From Candidatus Poribacteria bacterium (GTDB lineage Bacteria > Poribacteria > WGA-4E > PCPOR2b): DNA of 64,000 nucleotides. This document shows, one piece after another, positions 40,455 through 50,835 of the stretch (the stretch's first letter is position 1; each line of letters opens with the position of its first letter). The translations under genes and the position numbers were made by a program. The stretch covers positions 1,216,001 to 1,280,000 of the forward strand of contig OZ242326.1 of NCBI GenBank assembly GCA_965208325.1, written 5' to 3'. The notes beneath the pieces were generated by a model. That model worked only from the letters and a program-made list of their open reading frames with translations. It had not been told where the DNA came from and did no database searches.

Positions 40455-41486
40455 ATGATTGGCAAAATTAGAATCTTCTTTGCTGCCGTTTTTTTCATGG
40501 CAGGCTCCATGAGTTACGGCGGTGAAAATGAACGGCAGCAGACAGTCGGAGATGGCATCAAAATTGGGCTGTCAATGGACTCGTTGCGGGTTGAACGTTG
40601 GCGAAAAGACCGAGATATCTTCATGAAACGTGCGAAAGTGCTGGGCGCAGAGGTGATTGTACAGCACGCGGACGGAGATGCGCGCAGGCAAAATGAGCAA
40701 GCGGAGAACATGATCACGCAGGGCGTTGATGTTTTAGTTGTAATCCCGAAAGACGGCGTTGCCGCGGCGCAAATTGTAGAAATCGCTCACAAAGAAGGGG
40801 TCAAGGTCTTGGCTTATGACCGGCTGATTATGAAGAGTGATGTGGATCTTTATATCTCCTTCGACAATGAACAGGTCGGCTATTTGCAGGCGGAATATAT
40901 TGCTCGTAAGATTCCTAAAGGGAACTACTTTTTGCTTGGCGGCGCCCCGACAGACAACAACGCGCATCTTCTGAGAAAAGGACAGATGCGGGCGCTGCAA
41001 CCGCTCATAGATCGTGGGGAAATAAGGGTTGTTGCAAAACAGTGGGCGATTGATTGGGACGCACGGGATGCGCTAAAAAAGACCGAGCAGGTTTTGACGC
41101 GTCATGATAACCGAATTGATGCGGTCGTAGCCTCAAACGACGGCACCGCAGGCGGGGTTATCCAAGCACTGGACGCACAAAAACTGGCGGGTAAAGTGCC
41201 AGTTTCCGGGCAAGATGCGGAGAAAGCCGCGTGCCAACGCATTCTCGCAGGGACGCAAGCCATGACCGTTTACAAGCCGATACACCTAATCGCAATTACG
41301 GCTGCAGAAGCAGCGGTTGCTCTAGCCAAAGGGGATGCAATCCCGCAAGCAACTCAAACGGTAAACAACGATAAAACGGAAGTCCCCGCCATCCTCTTAA
41401 CCCCAATCCAAGTGGATAAAGATAATCTTGACGTGGTCATCGACGATGGGTTTCACAAGCGAGAAGATATCTACAAGAAAAAGTAA
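40455..41486 (+). CDS. xylF: D-xylose-type sugar ABC transporter substrate-binding protein
   Basis: KIGLSMDSLRVERWRKDRD, AYDRLI, GAPTDNNA, ASNDGTAGG, GQDA, MTVYKP. Confidence 0.85.
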   Translation: MIGKIRIFFAAVFFMAGSMSYGGENERQQTVGDGIKIGLSMDSLRVERWRKDRDIFMKRAKVLGAEVIVQHADGDARRQNEQAENMITQGVDVLVVIPKDGVAAAQIVEIAHKEGVKVLAYDRLIMKSDVDLYISFDNEQVGYLQAEYIARKIPKGNYFLLGGAPTDNNAHLLRKGQMRALQPLIDRGEIRVVAKQWAIDWDARDALKKTEQVLTRHDNRIDAVVASNDGTAGGVIQALDAQKLAGKVPVSGQDAEKAACQRILAGTQAMTVYKPIHLIAITAAEAAVALAKGDAIPQATQTVNNDKTEVPAILLTPIQVDKDNLDVVIDDGFHKREDIYKKK

Positions 41487-41491
41487 AGCCG

Positions 41492-43186
41492 TTGAAAGTT
41501 ATCCTACAATCGACTAAACCACTGAAAACGCGGGAAATATTTCTCATTTGCGTTTTGCTGAATCTTGCCGTCTTCGTGCAGAATCCCAATTCTGCAAATG
41601 CGCTTCCCGAATTTGTCGAGATTACCGAAGCCGCCGGTATCGATTTTGTTCACAATACAGGAGCATTTGGCAAAAAGTACCTGCCGGAAACTATGGGATC
41701 CGGTTGCGCATTCACTGACTACGACAACGATGGTTGGGTTGACATTGTATTGGTTACCTGTAAAGATTGGGAAGGCCACCCGACCGGAAAGCGGCAGGCT
41801 ATGGCGCTTTATCGTAACAACCTTGACGGGACGTTTTCGGATGTCACGGCGAGCGCCGGGCTTTCCGTGGAAATTTACGGGATCGGCGTCGCGGCTGCCG
41901 ACTACGATAACGACGGCGATGACGACCTCTATGTCAGTTGTCTTGAGGCGGATCGGTTGTTCCAAAATCAGGGCGATGCAACCTTTCTTGATGTGACAGA
42001 GCAAGCAGGCATTGACAACCCCGGTTTCGGAACTAGTTGTGCATGGTTCGATTATGACAAGGACGGCTATCTCGATTTATACGTAGCCAATTATGTGGAG
42101 TGGACCATTGAAACAGATATTTTCTGCACCCTAGACGGTACGAACAAGGCATATTGTACGCCCGAGTCCTATCAAGGGCAATCGAGCCGCTTGTTTAGAA
42201 ACCGGGGCGATGGCACCTTTGCTGATGTGTCACGGATTTCCAGGATTGAAGATCCGACCAGCAAGTCGCTAGGCGTCTGTATTTTCGATTACAATTCTGA
42301 TGGATTGCCGGATATTTTTGAGGCAAACGATACGCAGCCCAATAAGCTCTATCACAACAATGGCGACGGAACTTTTATCGAAACGGGACTAAACGTGGGC
42401 ATCGCGTTTAGCGAGAATGGTGTTGCAACCGGTGCAATGGGCATTGATGCGGGCGATTATGACGGCAGCGGCAGGGAAAGTTTGGTAATTGGCAATTTTT
42501 CTAATGAGATGATGAATCTCTACAATAACGAAGGAGAGATTTTTATTGATGATGCCCCTATCGCCAACATTGGACATGCCAGCCTGTTGACGCTGACATT
42601 TGCGTGTTTCTTCTTCGATTTTGATCTTGATGGATGGCTTGACATTTTTGCGGCGAACGGACACGTTGAAAATGAAATCAACGCCGTGCAGAGTGAGGTC
42701 ACATACGCACAAGTGCCCCATCTGTTTCGTAACACCGGTAAAGGGACGTTCCGGGATGTCGCGCTGAAGGTCGGCGATGACCTAGCGAAACCGGTAGTAG
42801 GACGCGGAGGCGCCTACGGAGACATTGACAATGACGGCGATTGGGATATCCTGGTCACCACGTCTAACGGTCCCGCCCATTTATACCGAAATGACGGCGG
42901 AAATCAGAACCACTGGATAAAACTGAAATTTATCGGCACCAAAAGCAACCGCAACGGTATCGGCGTTAAAGTTTCGATTACGTCGAAAACCGGGACGCAA
43001 ACGCGAACGGTAAAGAGCGGCTGTAGTTATTGTTCACAGAGCGAACTGTCTCTAATCTTTGGTATTGGACAAACTCCCCTAGTTGACATGATTGAAGTGA
43101 ATTGGCCCAGCGGGATTGTCGATCGACTTGTCAACGTAAAACCGAATCAACTTATTGTTGTTGAAGAGGGGGAAACCAAAGATTGA
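41492..43186 (+). CDS. CRTAC1-like FG-GAP / ASPIC-UnbV protein
   Basis: ETMGSG, DYDNDG repeats, GRGGAYGDIDNDGD, SNRNGIG, WPSG. Confidence 0.92.
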   Translation: MKVILQSTKPLKTREIFLICVLLNLAVFVQNPNSANALPEFVEITEAAGIDFVHNTGAFGKKYLPETMGSGCAFTDYDNDGWVDIVLVTCKDWEGHPTGKRQAMALYRNNLDGTFSDVTASAGLSVEIYGIGVAAADYDNDGDDDLYVSCLEADRLFQNQGDATFLDVTEQAGIDNPGFGTSCAWFDYDKDGYLDLYVANYVEWTIETDIFCTLDGTNKAYCTPESYQGQSSRLFRNRGDGTFADVSRISRIEDPTSKSLGVCIFDYNSDGLPDIFEANDTQPNKLYHNNGDGTFIETGLNVGIAFSENGVATGAMGIDAGDYDGSGRESLVIGNFSNEMMNLYNNEGEIFIDDAPIANIGHASLLTLTFACFFFDFDLDGWLDIFAANGHVENEINAVQSEVTYAQVPHLFRNTGKGTFRDVALKVGDDLAKPVVGRGGAYGDIDNDGDWDILVTTSNGPAHLYRNDGGNQNHWIKLKFIGTKSNRNGIGVKVSITSKTGTQTRTVKSGCSYCSQSELSLIFGIGQTPLVDMIEVNWPSGIVDRLVNVKPNQLIVVEEGETKD

Positions 43187-43530
43187 TATCAGGAAGCGTT
43201 TTCCGCCCATACACCTCCTCGCGCGGCAAAATCGCGCATGCGAACCGCTACTCACCTAGCATTAATCACCGCCCAAACTTGCGCAGGGATTTCTGCCTCT
43301 ATCCAATTCGACAATGAGATCGCGGCCGCACATACATTTTCCGTAACGCGGCGTACACGAGCACACGATGTCTCGAATTTGGCTCGCAATCTAGCGCCCA
43401 GCCTTCAATCTTTCACGTTGGCGCTTTATTTTTGGAGCGAACAAGTTCCTAAACCTCACCTCACCTGCTGCGTCTAATTAGAGCAATTTGGAGCTAGATA
43501 AGCCGCAAAATTACATAGGCAGGTTCCTTT

Positions 43531-45285
43531 ATGCAAAATGCACTAGCTAAATCATTGGCTCAAGCGATGCTTGATTCACACCTCATTTCCGACGACACGT
43601 ATCGGCAGGTTTTTGAAGAGGTAGAGAACACAGGCGTTTCGATGGATGAATTGCTGAAAAAGCGCGTCGGTGAAGGCATGCTTGCACTTGCCAGAAAGAG
43701 CATTGAGTATGATGTCCCTTGCGTTTTGTTGGAGAGAGCTATTCCGGAGTCTGAGGCAACAGCCAAGGTTCCCGCAGGCTTTGCTTATAAAAACAAGATT
43801 TTCCCGATTCGCCTAGAGAACGAAACGTTAACCGTGGCAATGGCTGACGCGCTTGATGTTGTCTTGATCGATGAAATTCGACTGGTTGCAGGGTGCGAGA
43901 TAAAACCGCTCCTCGCGGACGAAGAAGACATCGAAGCCGCAATCATCCGCTTCTACGGCAAGACGGCAGCCCAAATTCTAAGTGAGAGTATTAAGGGGCC
44001 GGTCGGGGCGGTTGCCACACTTGAACGGGAGACAATAGAAGATTTTGGAATTGATGAGAAGGACCTAATCCAAGATCCAACGGTGATACACGCAGTTGAT
44101 CAGATGATAATTGACGCCGCACGCTTAGGTGCGAGCGACATTCACATTGAGCCGTTTCCGAGTGAACTAAAGATTCGTTTTCGAATTGACGGTGTTTTGG
44201 AGGAACAACCGCAGCCGCCGCCGCATCTGCAATCCGCAATTACATCCCGTGTCAAGATTATGTCGGGAATGAATGTCGCAGAGCGGCGCCGACCGCAAGA
44301 CGGAAAGATAAGCAGGGAAATTCGAAGTGTAGGAAACCGCCAGATAGATCTCCGTGTTTCGACAGTGCCAACCGTTGCGACGCTCCATGGCGAAAGCGTC
44401 GTCCTCCGAATCCTGGACAAGCAATCCATTTCCTACGGCTTAGAAGAACTAGGTTTAATGGAGGACAATCTAGAACAGTTTGACCGAATGATTCGCAAAC
44501 CTCACGGCATCATCTTGGCAACGGGACCGACGGGAAGCGGGAAAACAACAACACTATATGCCTGTTTGAAAGAGATTAATACACAGGATATCAAGATTAT
44601 CACGATTGAAGAACCGGTCGAGTATGAGCTGGAGGGGATTAACCAGATTCAGGTCAATCCGGATATCGGTGTCACATTTGCGGCCGGGTTGAGACACATT
44701 CTAAGGCAGGATCCGGATAAGGTGCTCGTGGGTGAAATTCGAGACTATGAGACAGCAGAGATGGCAATTCACACGTCGTTGACCGGACACCTTGTGTTCA
44801 GTACACTACATACGAACAATGCGCCGGGGGCAATTACACGGCTCATTGACATGGGTGTGGACGCCTATCTTGTGGCTTCAACATTGGAAGGAATAATCGC
44901 GCAGCGGCTCGCTCGGCGTGTCTGTCCAAATTGTTGTGACATGTACCAACCAGAATCGCATTACATCCGAGAAATTTTCGGCGGCCAGTCGTTAGCTGTC
45001 GATTCAAAATTGGTGATTCCGCGCGCTGTCGGCTGCAGTGAATGCCGAGGGAGGGGATATAAGGGGCGAATCGGCATTTTTGAGGTCATCTTGATGAGCG
45101 AGGAATTACGAGAAATGACTCTGCATCGCGCCTCGACAAGCCAACTCAGACGCGCAGCAATGCGGTTAGGTATGAAAACGCTGCGCGAAGATGGATGGAG
45201 AAAGGTCGCAGCCGGATTTACGACTGTCGATGAAATTGTGCGTCTCACCCAAGAGGATGATTTTGACACGCGGGAAGTCGTATAG
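43531..45285 (+). CDS. gspE: Type II secretion / pilus assembly ATPase GspE/PilB
   Basis: ASDIHIEP, RRPQDG, GPTGSGKTTTLY, LRQDPD, GHLVFSTLHTN, CxxC pairs. Confidence 0.95.
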   Translation: MQNALAKSLAQAMLDSHLISDDTYRQVFEEVENTGVSMDELLKKRVGEGMLALARKSIEYDVPCVLLERAIPESEATAKVPAGFAYKNKIFPIRLENETLTVAMADALDVVLIDEIRLVAGCEIKPLLADEEDIEAAIIRFYGKTAAQILSESIKGPVGAVATLERETIEDFGIDEKDLIQDPTVIHAVDQMIIDAARLGASDIHIEPFPSELKIRFRIDGVLEEQPQPPPHLQSAITSRVKIMSGMNVAERRRPQDGKISREIRSVGNRQIDLRVSTVPTVATLHGESVVLRILDKQSISYGLEELGLMEDNLEQFDRMIRKPHGIILATGPTGSGKTTTLYACLKEINTQDIKIITIEEPVEYELEGINQIQVNPDIGVTFAAGLRHILRQDPDKVLVGEIRDYETAEMAIHTSLTGHLVFSTLHTNNAPGAITRLIDMGVDAYLVASTLEGIIAQRLARRVCPNCCDMYQPESHYIREIFGGQSLAVDSKLVIPRAVGCSECRGRGYKGRIGIFEVILMSEELREMTLHRASTSQLRRAAMRLGMKTLREDGWRKVAAGFTTVDEIVRLTQEDDFDTREVV

Positions 45286-45320
45286 CGCAAAACTTCGTGT
45301 CAAAAAAAAGAGAGTTATCA

Positions 45321-46544
45321 ATGCCAAGATTTCGCTACGAAGCGCTCACTAGCACAGGCAACACCGTAAGTAACACCCAAGAAGCGAACTCTAAAGCCGA
45401 ACTTGTGTCTAACCTGAAAACAGAAGGGTATTGGGCAACAAGTATTGTTGAGGAAACTGCTTCGGAAATGGAGGAAATGCGGTTTCAATTTTCACTATTT
45501 CGTGGACGAATCAAAGCATCGGAAGTTGAATTCTTCACTTATCAGATGGCAACGCTCATCAATGCTCATGTGACTTTGCCGCGGGCTTTGGGAATCACCC
45601 TCGAACAGATTTCGAATCCGAAACTCAGAAGCGTTGTTGAGCAGGTCAAATACGATGTCGAACATGGCGCGATATTCAACGCTGCACTTGCACAACACCC
45701 TAAGGTTTTTTCCGATCTCTATGTCAACATGGTGAGAGCAGGCGAGACCGGAGGCGTGCTCGGCGTTGTACTCGAACGGCTATCTGAATTTGCCGAGCGG
45801 CAGCGCTTGCTGAGAAACGAAGTCATTTCGTCCTTATTTTATCCTGCGATTCTTTTGGTTTCTAGCATCATTGCTCTTGCTGTGTTAACAATTTTCGTCA
45901 TTCCCAAACTCACTGTAATGTACGCAGACATGGGGGTTGACTTGCCTTATCTGACCCAGTTTCTGATTGCCGCCACTGATTTTCTTAGCCTGTACGGGTG
46001 GATCGTTTTGGTAGCGTGTGTTGCTGCGGTTTTTGGGATTAGGCAATTCGTGCGTACAGAAAACGGCCGCCTAATGTCCGATCGCCTGAAACTCAGGCTT
46101 CCTCTCATCGGAAGTGTTTATAGTAATGTTGCTCTTGTGCGTTTTACGCGCACAATGGCAACCCTCCTCGAAAATGGAGTCGTATTGCTGTCGGCGCTTC
46201 GAGTTGTCAAGGATTCAATTGGAAATCAAGTTTATACCCGTGCGGTAACGGAATCCGAAAAAGGGATTGAACGGGGTTCCACCTTATCAAAAGAGTTGCA
46301 GGAATCCAATGTCTTCCCACGCCTCGTTACTCACATGATTACAGTTGGAGAAGAATCAGGCAATCTCGAACAGATGCTAGCAAAGCTATCAACATATTAC
46401 AATTTGGAAATAAAGAAAGACTTGGAACGGCTGACGAGTTCAATTGGGCCTTTGGTCATCTTGGTTATGGGTGTGGTGATAGGGTTTCTCGCGGTCGCAA
46501 TGATACTTCCGATTTATGGAGCCACCAATCTGGTGGCTGGATAG
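45321..46544 (+). CDS. gspF: Type II secretion platform protein GspF/PilC
   Basis: MPRFRYEA, HPKVFS..YVNMVRAGE, YP, VGEESG. Confidence 0.93.
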   Translation: MPRFRYEALTSTGNTVSNTQEANSKAELVSNLKTEGYWATSIVEETASEMEEMRFQFSLFRGRIKASEVEFFTYQMATLINAHVTLPRALGITLEQISNPKLRSVVEQVKYDVEHGAIFNAALAQHPKVFSDLYVNMVRAGETGGVLGVVLERLSEFAERQRLLRNEVISSLFYPAILLVSSIIALAVLTIFVIPKLTVMYADMGVDLPYLTQFLIAATDFLSLYGWIVLVACVAAVFGIRQFVRTENGRLMSDRLKLRLPLIGSVYSNVALVRFTRTMATLLENGVVLLSALRVVKDSIGNQVYTRAVTESEKGIERGSTLSKELQESNVFPRLVTHMITVGEESGNLEQMLAKLSTYYNLEIKKDLERLTSSIGPLVILVMGVVIGFLAVAMILPIYGATNLVAG

Positions 46545-46575
46545 TGAAAACCTAGAATATTAGGAGGGTCAAACC

Positions 46576-47022
46576 TTGTTGAAACAATTGAAAGCAGGTG
46601 AATCTGGTGTGACGCTCATAGAACTTTTAATCGTTATCGTAATTCTTGGGCTATTGGCTGGGGTTATAGCCTTAAATGTGATGCCCCAAATAGATAATGC
46701 GAAGGTTGCTACATCGAGGCAAGACATTGAGAGATTGAAGATGGCGCTTAATTTGTACTCCCTTCAAGTTGGTGACTATCCAACGACTGAACAAGGATTA
46801 GAGGCGCTATGGAATCCCCCCAATCCCGTGCCTGCGAATTGGAATGGACCCTATGTGGAAAAACCAAAATTCGAGGATTCATGGGGAAATGAATACATTT
46901 ATCAATACCCCGGTAATCACGCGGGTTACAATTATGACCTCTATTCATTGGGCAAGGATGGCAAACAGGGAGGTGATGGGTATAACGCTGACATTACCAA
47001 CTGGATTGAGGAAACGCAGTAG
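46576..47022 (+). CDS. gspG: Major pseudopilin GspG
   Basis: GVTLIELL type III signal, YPTTEQGLEAL, WNGPY, DSWGNEYIY, DLYSLGKDG. Confidence 0.96.
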   Translation: MLKQLKAGESGVTLIELLIVIVILGLLAGVIALNVMPQIDNAKVATSRQDIERLKMALNLYSLQVGDYPTTEQGLEALWNPPNPVPANWNGPYVEKPKFEDSWGNEYIYQYPGNHAGYNYDLYSLGKDGKQGGDGYNADITNWIEETQ

Positions 47023-47692
47023 CTCCCGTAATTTCGATTCAGCTTTTACGTTAATTGAAATTATGATTGTACTGACGTTGATTGTAATTTTATCTTCGAT
47101 TGCGATGCCTTCTCTACGCGGCTTCACTGCGTCATCGCGCTTAAAATCATCAGTGCATGGCGTGCGAGACATGCTGCGTTTTGCACGCGACATGTCAATT
47201 ACAGAACGGTCCCCATATCTCGTAGTGTTTGATTTTGATTTGAACAAATACTGGCTCGCTTCCAGCGACACTTTCGAAATCACGGACCCGTCTGCGTCTT
47301 CGATCGCCAGTCCTTCAAGCACAGTTATACCGGTCATAAATCAGCAAAGACTGGAAGGTGAAAGTTCTGTGACGGGCCGCCCAATGATTTCGCGGACAAG
47401 CAATATCCTCGGCCTTCCGCAGTCTCTGGGCAAAAATGTGACCCTATCTCGCATGAAAACTAACCATAATTTTCAATCAAGGCAGGTAGACTCCGGTGTT
47501 GATTATATTTACTTCTCCCCAACGGGTTCTTCGGAAGAAACAACTCTGTATATTCAAAATCTGCAGGGCAAACTGATGTCCATCACTGTCGAGGGCGCTA
47601 CAGGGCGCATCCACACTGAAGGGCTCAGTAGTCAACAGGCTAAAGCACTGGGACATGTTAATACCGAGGAACCCAACCTCGATAGAGATTAA
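47006..47692 (+). CDS. gspH: Minor pseudopilin GspH-like
   Basis: AFTLIEIMIV signal; FSPTG. TTG start overlaps the gspG 3' end. Confidence 0.8.
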   Translation: MRKRSSSRNFDSAFTLIEIMIVLTLIVILSSIAMPSLRGFTASSRLKSSVHGVRDMLRFARDMSITERSPYLVVFDFDLNKYWLASSDTFEITDPSASSIASPSSTVIPVINQQRLEGESSVTGRPMISRTSNILGLPQSLGKNVTLSRMKTNHNFQSRQVDSGVDYIYFSPTGSSEETTLYIQNLQGKLMSITVEGATGRIHTEGLSSQQAKALGHVNTEEPNLDRD

Positions 47693-47847
47693 ACCCTTGG
47701 GTTTCTATTGACCGCCGCGAGACATTCCACGTATCGGGCAATCTTTTATATATATTTGACTATCCAACAGAAGATACTTGAATTCGTTAAGTTCGACACC
47801 TTACACACACGAGCAAACTGCTAAATTTCCGGAAGGAAATTGGGGCT

Positions 47848-48294
47848 ATGTACATGACTCCTCCGAAGGTTTTTGTTGCGAATCTCCATATGTCGGCGCG
47901 CGGCAACAGCGGATTTACTTTGATTGAAATTGTCGTGACTTTAGCGATTCTTTCACTCGGATTGCCAGTGCTCCTCCAATCATTTTCTAACGCGGCAAAC
48001 AATCAAAGGAATTCGCAAGATAAGACGACTGCCATGTACCTCATCAAAACCCGCATGGCGCAAATCGAACTTGAGGGATATCCGGACATTGGTCAAGAAT
48101 CGGGAGACTTTGGTGAAAACTCTCCGTACCGTTGGCGCTCGGAAGTTCACGACGTGGTATCGGATGAGTTCGAGGAAGGGCTTCGTGCTGTCAATGTAAC
48201 AGTCACGTGGCTAGAGCGCGGGAAGGATGAATCAACATCAATGATTACCTATATCGCCAATCGACAGATGCCGCAACCGCAAAATGGCCGGTAG
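47848..48294 (+). CDS. gspI: Minor pseudopilin GspI-like
   Basis: GFTLIEIVV, SGDF, YRW, VNVTVTW. Confidence 0.82.
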   Translation: MYMTPPKVFVANLHMSARGNSGFTLIEIVVTLAILSLGLPVLLQSFSNAANNQRNSQDKTTAMYLIKTRMAQIELEGYPDIGQESGDFGENSPYRWRSEVHDVVSDEFEEGLRAVNVTVTWLERGKDESTSMITYIANRQMPQPQNGR

Positions 48295-49231
48295 ATGCAA
48301 TAAACGTGGTGGACGGAAGGGCGGAATGGATAAATCAAATTCACGAGACTCGTTAAACGTTTCGCATGAGGGTGGACTAACATTAATTGAACTGCTTATC
48401 GCCGTTAGTATTCTTGTCATCATCAGCGGTTCTACCTACACCGTTTTCAATGTGGCGATGGACGTATACGAGAAAACAGGATCGCGGATAGTAATGTCCC
48501 AGAAGTGTAGAATTGCGTTAGACCGAATCGTCACAGATTTAAGCAATTTGCAGGCGGTGCAGGGAGATGATGCGCTGACGCTCATTTCGCAGCAAAATTC
48601 ACATGAATCCGGCGAGCGGGATCTGATCAGCTTTGTAACACTCGCTCATGCGGCCCCCGATCCGTTCCTTGCTGAATTGAACGCGGCGAGAGGATTGGTA
48701 GATGAAGACGACGAAATACGGGAAACGCTCGTCGGCGATGTGCAGCGCGTCAGCTACTATATTGGTAGAGATCCGATTCGGGAACAGGGCGGTTTGGAGT
48801 TACGCGGTGCAATGTTAGGCATAAATGGCCAAGCAGATGAGACGCCGGCGCTTTTACGGGTGACCACAGCATCACTTAATCCTGAAACGGTGGTGCTACC
48901 GCTGATTGAAACAGGAACAATCCCGTCCGAAGATGACGAGGGCAATCCTATAGAGGTGGACATTGTGCCAATCATCAATCAGATTGTCTCCTTCGACCTA
49001 AAGTATTTTGACGGAGAAACATGGTACGATTCATGGGAGAGCGGAGAGATGATTCCAAAGGCAGTTGAAGTGACCATTGCCGTTTCTAGCGAGAATAACA
49101 TTCAACGGAGAACACAAGCCCCACGCCAAGGTGTTGCGCACGAGACCCAATCAACGATGGTATATCTGTTAATGAGCGCAAATTTTAACGAGCAACCGCC
49201 CAGTATCCCCAACGCAGCACCGGGCGGCTGA
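48284..49231 (+). CDS. gspJ: Minor pseudopilin GspJ-like
   Basis: GLTLIELLI, VSYY, FDGETWYDSW, IPKAVEVTI. Start may be at 48326. Confidence 0.82.
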   Translation: MAGRCNKRGGRKGGMDKSNSRDSLNVSHEGGLTLIELLIAVSILVIISGSTYTVFNVAMDVYEKTGSRIVMSQKCRIALDRIVTDLSNLQAVQGDDALTLISQQNSHESGERDLISFVTLAHAAPDPFLAELNAARGLVDEDDEIRETLVGDVQRVSYYIGRDPIREQGGLELRGAMLGINGQADETPALLRVTTASLNPETVVLPLIETGTIPSEDDEGNPIEVDIVPIINQIVSFDLKYFDGETWYDSWESGEMIPKAVEVTIAVSSENNIQRRTQAPRQGVAHETQSTMVYLLMSANFNEQPPSIPNAAPGG

Positions 49232-49239
49232 ATGGGTGA

Positions 49240-50799
49240 ATGAATAATTTTAGGAAACCACATCTATACATCTCAGGAGACAAATTCGGTGTCCCGCATT
49301 GCCGCTCCCGCCCGGCATGCAACTGCGAATTAGGGCTGTCACTGATCGCCACTCTGTGGATATTGACAATCCTCTCTGTGCTAGTAACGCAGTTTCTCTA
49401 TTCAATCCGCCTCGAACAACGAGCGCAGGCTAATTTTGTTGAACGAACGAAGTTCTACTATGCGGCGAAAGCAGGCTTTGAGAAATCAGTCGCAATACTG
49501 CGCAGTGATACGACGCCCTACGACGCGCTGGGCGAAAACTGGGCGCAGGAGATGGAAGAGCAGATTGAAAATGCAAGCAACGTTGGGGACGCGCTAACCT
49601 ATCGAGTGACAATCACGGACGAAGAATCTAAAGTCAATTTGAATTCGGCGGATGTAAACGTCGTTCGAGGGTTGCTCGGTACTGTGGGCTATGAGGTGGC
49701 GGAAACTGCAGAACAATCGCCGCTTGCAGACGCAATCGTAGAGGGGCGCCCCTATCGGACAGTGCTGGACGTGGCGCGAATTGATGGCATGACACAGGAA
49801 ATTCTCTACGGCCGGCGACGCCTCACACAAGGTTACTCCGCCGAAAATCGGAATCAAGGTGCGGCGGAAGGAAGTAACACGAAGAGTCTAATTGATTATG
49901 CGACAGTTTATTCTATTGACAAAAACACCGACGCTAACGGGCAACCCAGGGTAAACGTCAACAGTGCAGATGCTCAACAGATTACACAGATCCACGGCTC
50001 TAATAACCAGCCGGTGTTTTCGCAAGGCGAAGCGGAGTCGCTAATCCATCAGCGATCGCTCAAGGGAATAGGCGATTTGATAGACGCTCAAGCCGTTTCA
50101 AATCAGATTTTTGACAACATTCGCAATCGAATCACCGTAGAAGACAGCGATGGGGAAAACAACCAGGAAAACGCTGAGAACGACAATGAGAATAGCGATA
50201 AGGAAAGCGATGAGAACAACCAAGAACAGGTCAACATTAACACCGCCGATGCAGGCAATTTAGCATCCCTTGACGGCATCGATCAAGGAATTGCCGAACG
50301 GATCATAGAACATCGCGAAAACGAGGGCGCGTTTGAAAATGTGGACAAACTCAAGGAAGTTAAATTAATTACATCAGATGAGTTCAAGAGCATTGTCGAT
50401 CGAATCACCACCGTTGACGAAGCGACGCGTAGCGGACTAATTAACGTCAATACCGCGTCCAACGAGATTTTACAGTTGTTGCCGGGGATGGATTCAAATA
50501 AAGCCCAAGCAATTGTTAACCGCCGTGAGGCAGCTCCGGCAAGCGGACAACAGAATCAGGCATTAGTGCAAAATGCAATTACCGGAAATCCGTTTACAAA
50601 CACCGCTCAACTGCTTGATGTAGAAGGAATTGATCCAAACACGTTCCGGCAGATTGTAGATCTCATTACCTACCGGTCGCACGGCTTTCTCATCGAATCG
50701 TCTGGAGTCGATTCACAAGGAAAAATTCTTGCTTCCTGTGTCGGGGCGATTGATCGGTCCGCACCTCAGGTTGTCGTCAAATATTGGAAGCAGGATTGA
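49240..50799 (+). CDS. gspK: GspK-like minor pseudopilin with multiple helix-hairpin-helix (ComEA-like) modules
   Basis: GLSLIATLWIL, YAAKAG, DALGENW, ITDEESKVNLN, repeated VN(I/V)NTA HhH units. Confidence 0.85.
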   Translation: MNNFRKPHLYISGDKFGVPHCRSRPACNCELGLSLIATLWILTILSVLVTQFLYSIRLEQRAQANFVERTKFYYAAKAGFEKSVAILRSDTTPYDALGENWAQEMEEQIENASNVGDALTYRVTITDEESKVNLNSADVNVVRGLLGTVGYEVAETAEQSPLADAIVEGRPYRTVLDVARIDGMTQEILYGRRRLTQGYSAENRNQGAAEGSNTKSLIDYATVYSIDKNTDANGQPRVNVNSADAQQITQIHGSNNQPVFSQGEAESLIHQRSLKGIGDLIDAQAVSNQIFDNIRNRITVEDSDGENNQENAENDNENSDKESDENNQEQVNINTADAGNLASLDGIDQGIAERIIEHRENEGAFENVDKLKEVKLITSDEFKSIVDRITTVDEATRSGLINVNTASNEILQLLPGMDSNKAQAIVNRREAAPASGQQNQALVQNAITGNPFTNTAQLLDVEGIDPNTFRQIVDLITYRSHGFLIESSGVDSQGKILASCVGAIDRSAPQVVVKYWKQD

Positions 50800-50835
50800 A
50801 TTGACGTTTCGCACCATCTAACTTAAGGCACAATT

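Noticed and set aside
46844..47005. N-terminal extension of gspH in the ORF track
   Set aside because: Lies inside gspG; a prepilin leader should be short, so TTG 47006 is preferred.
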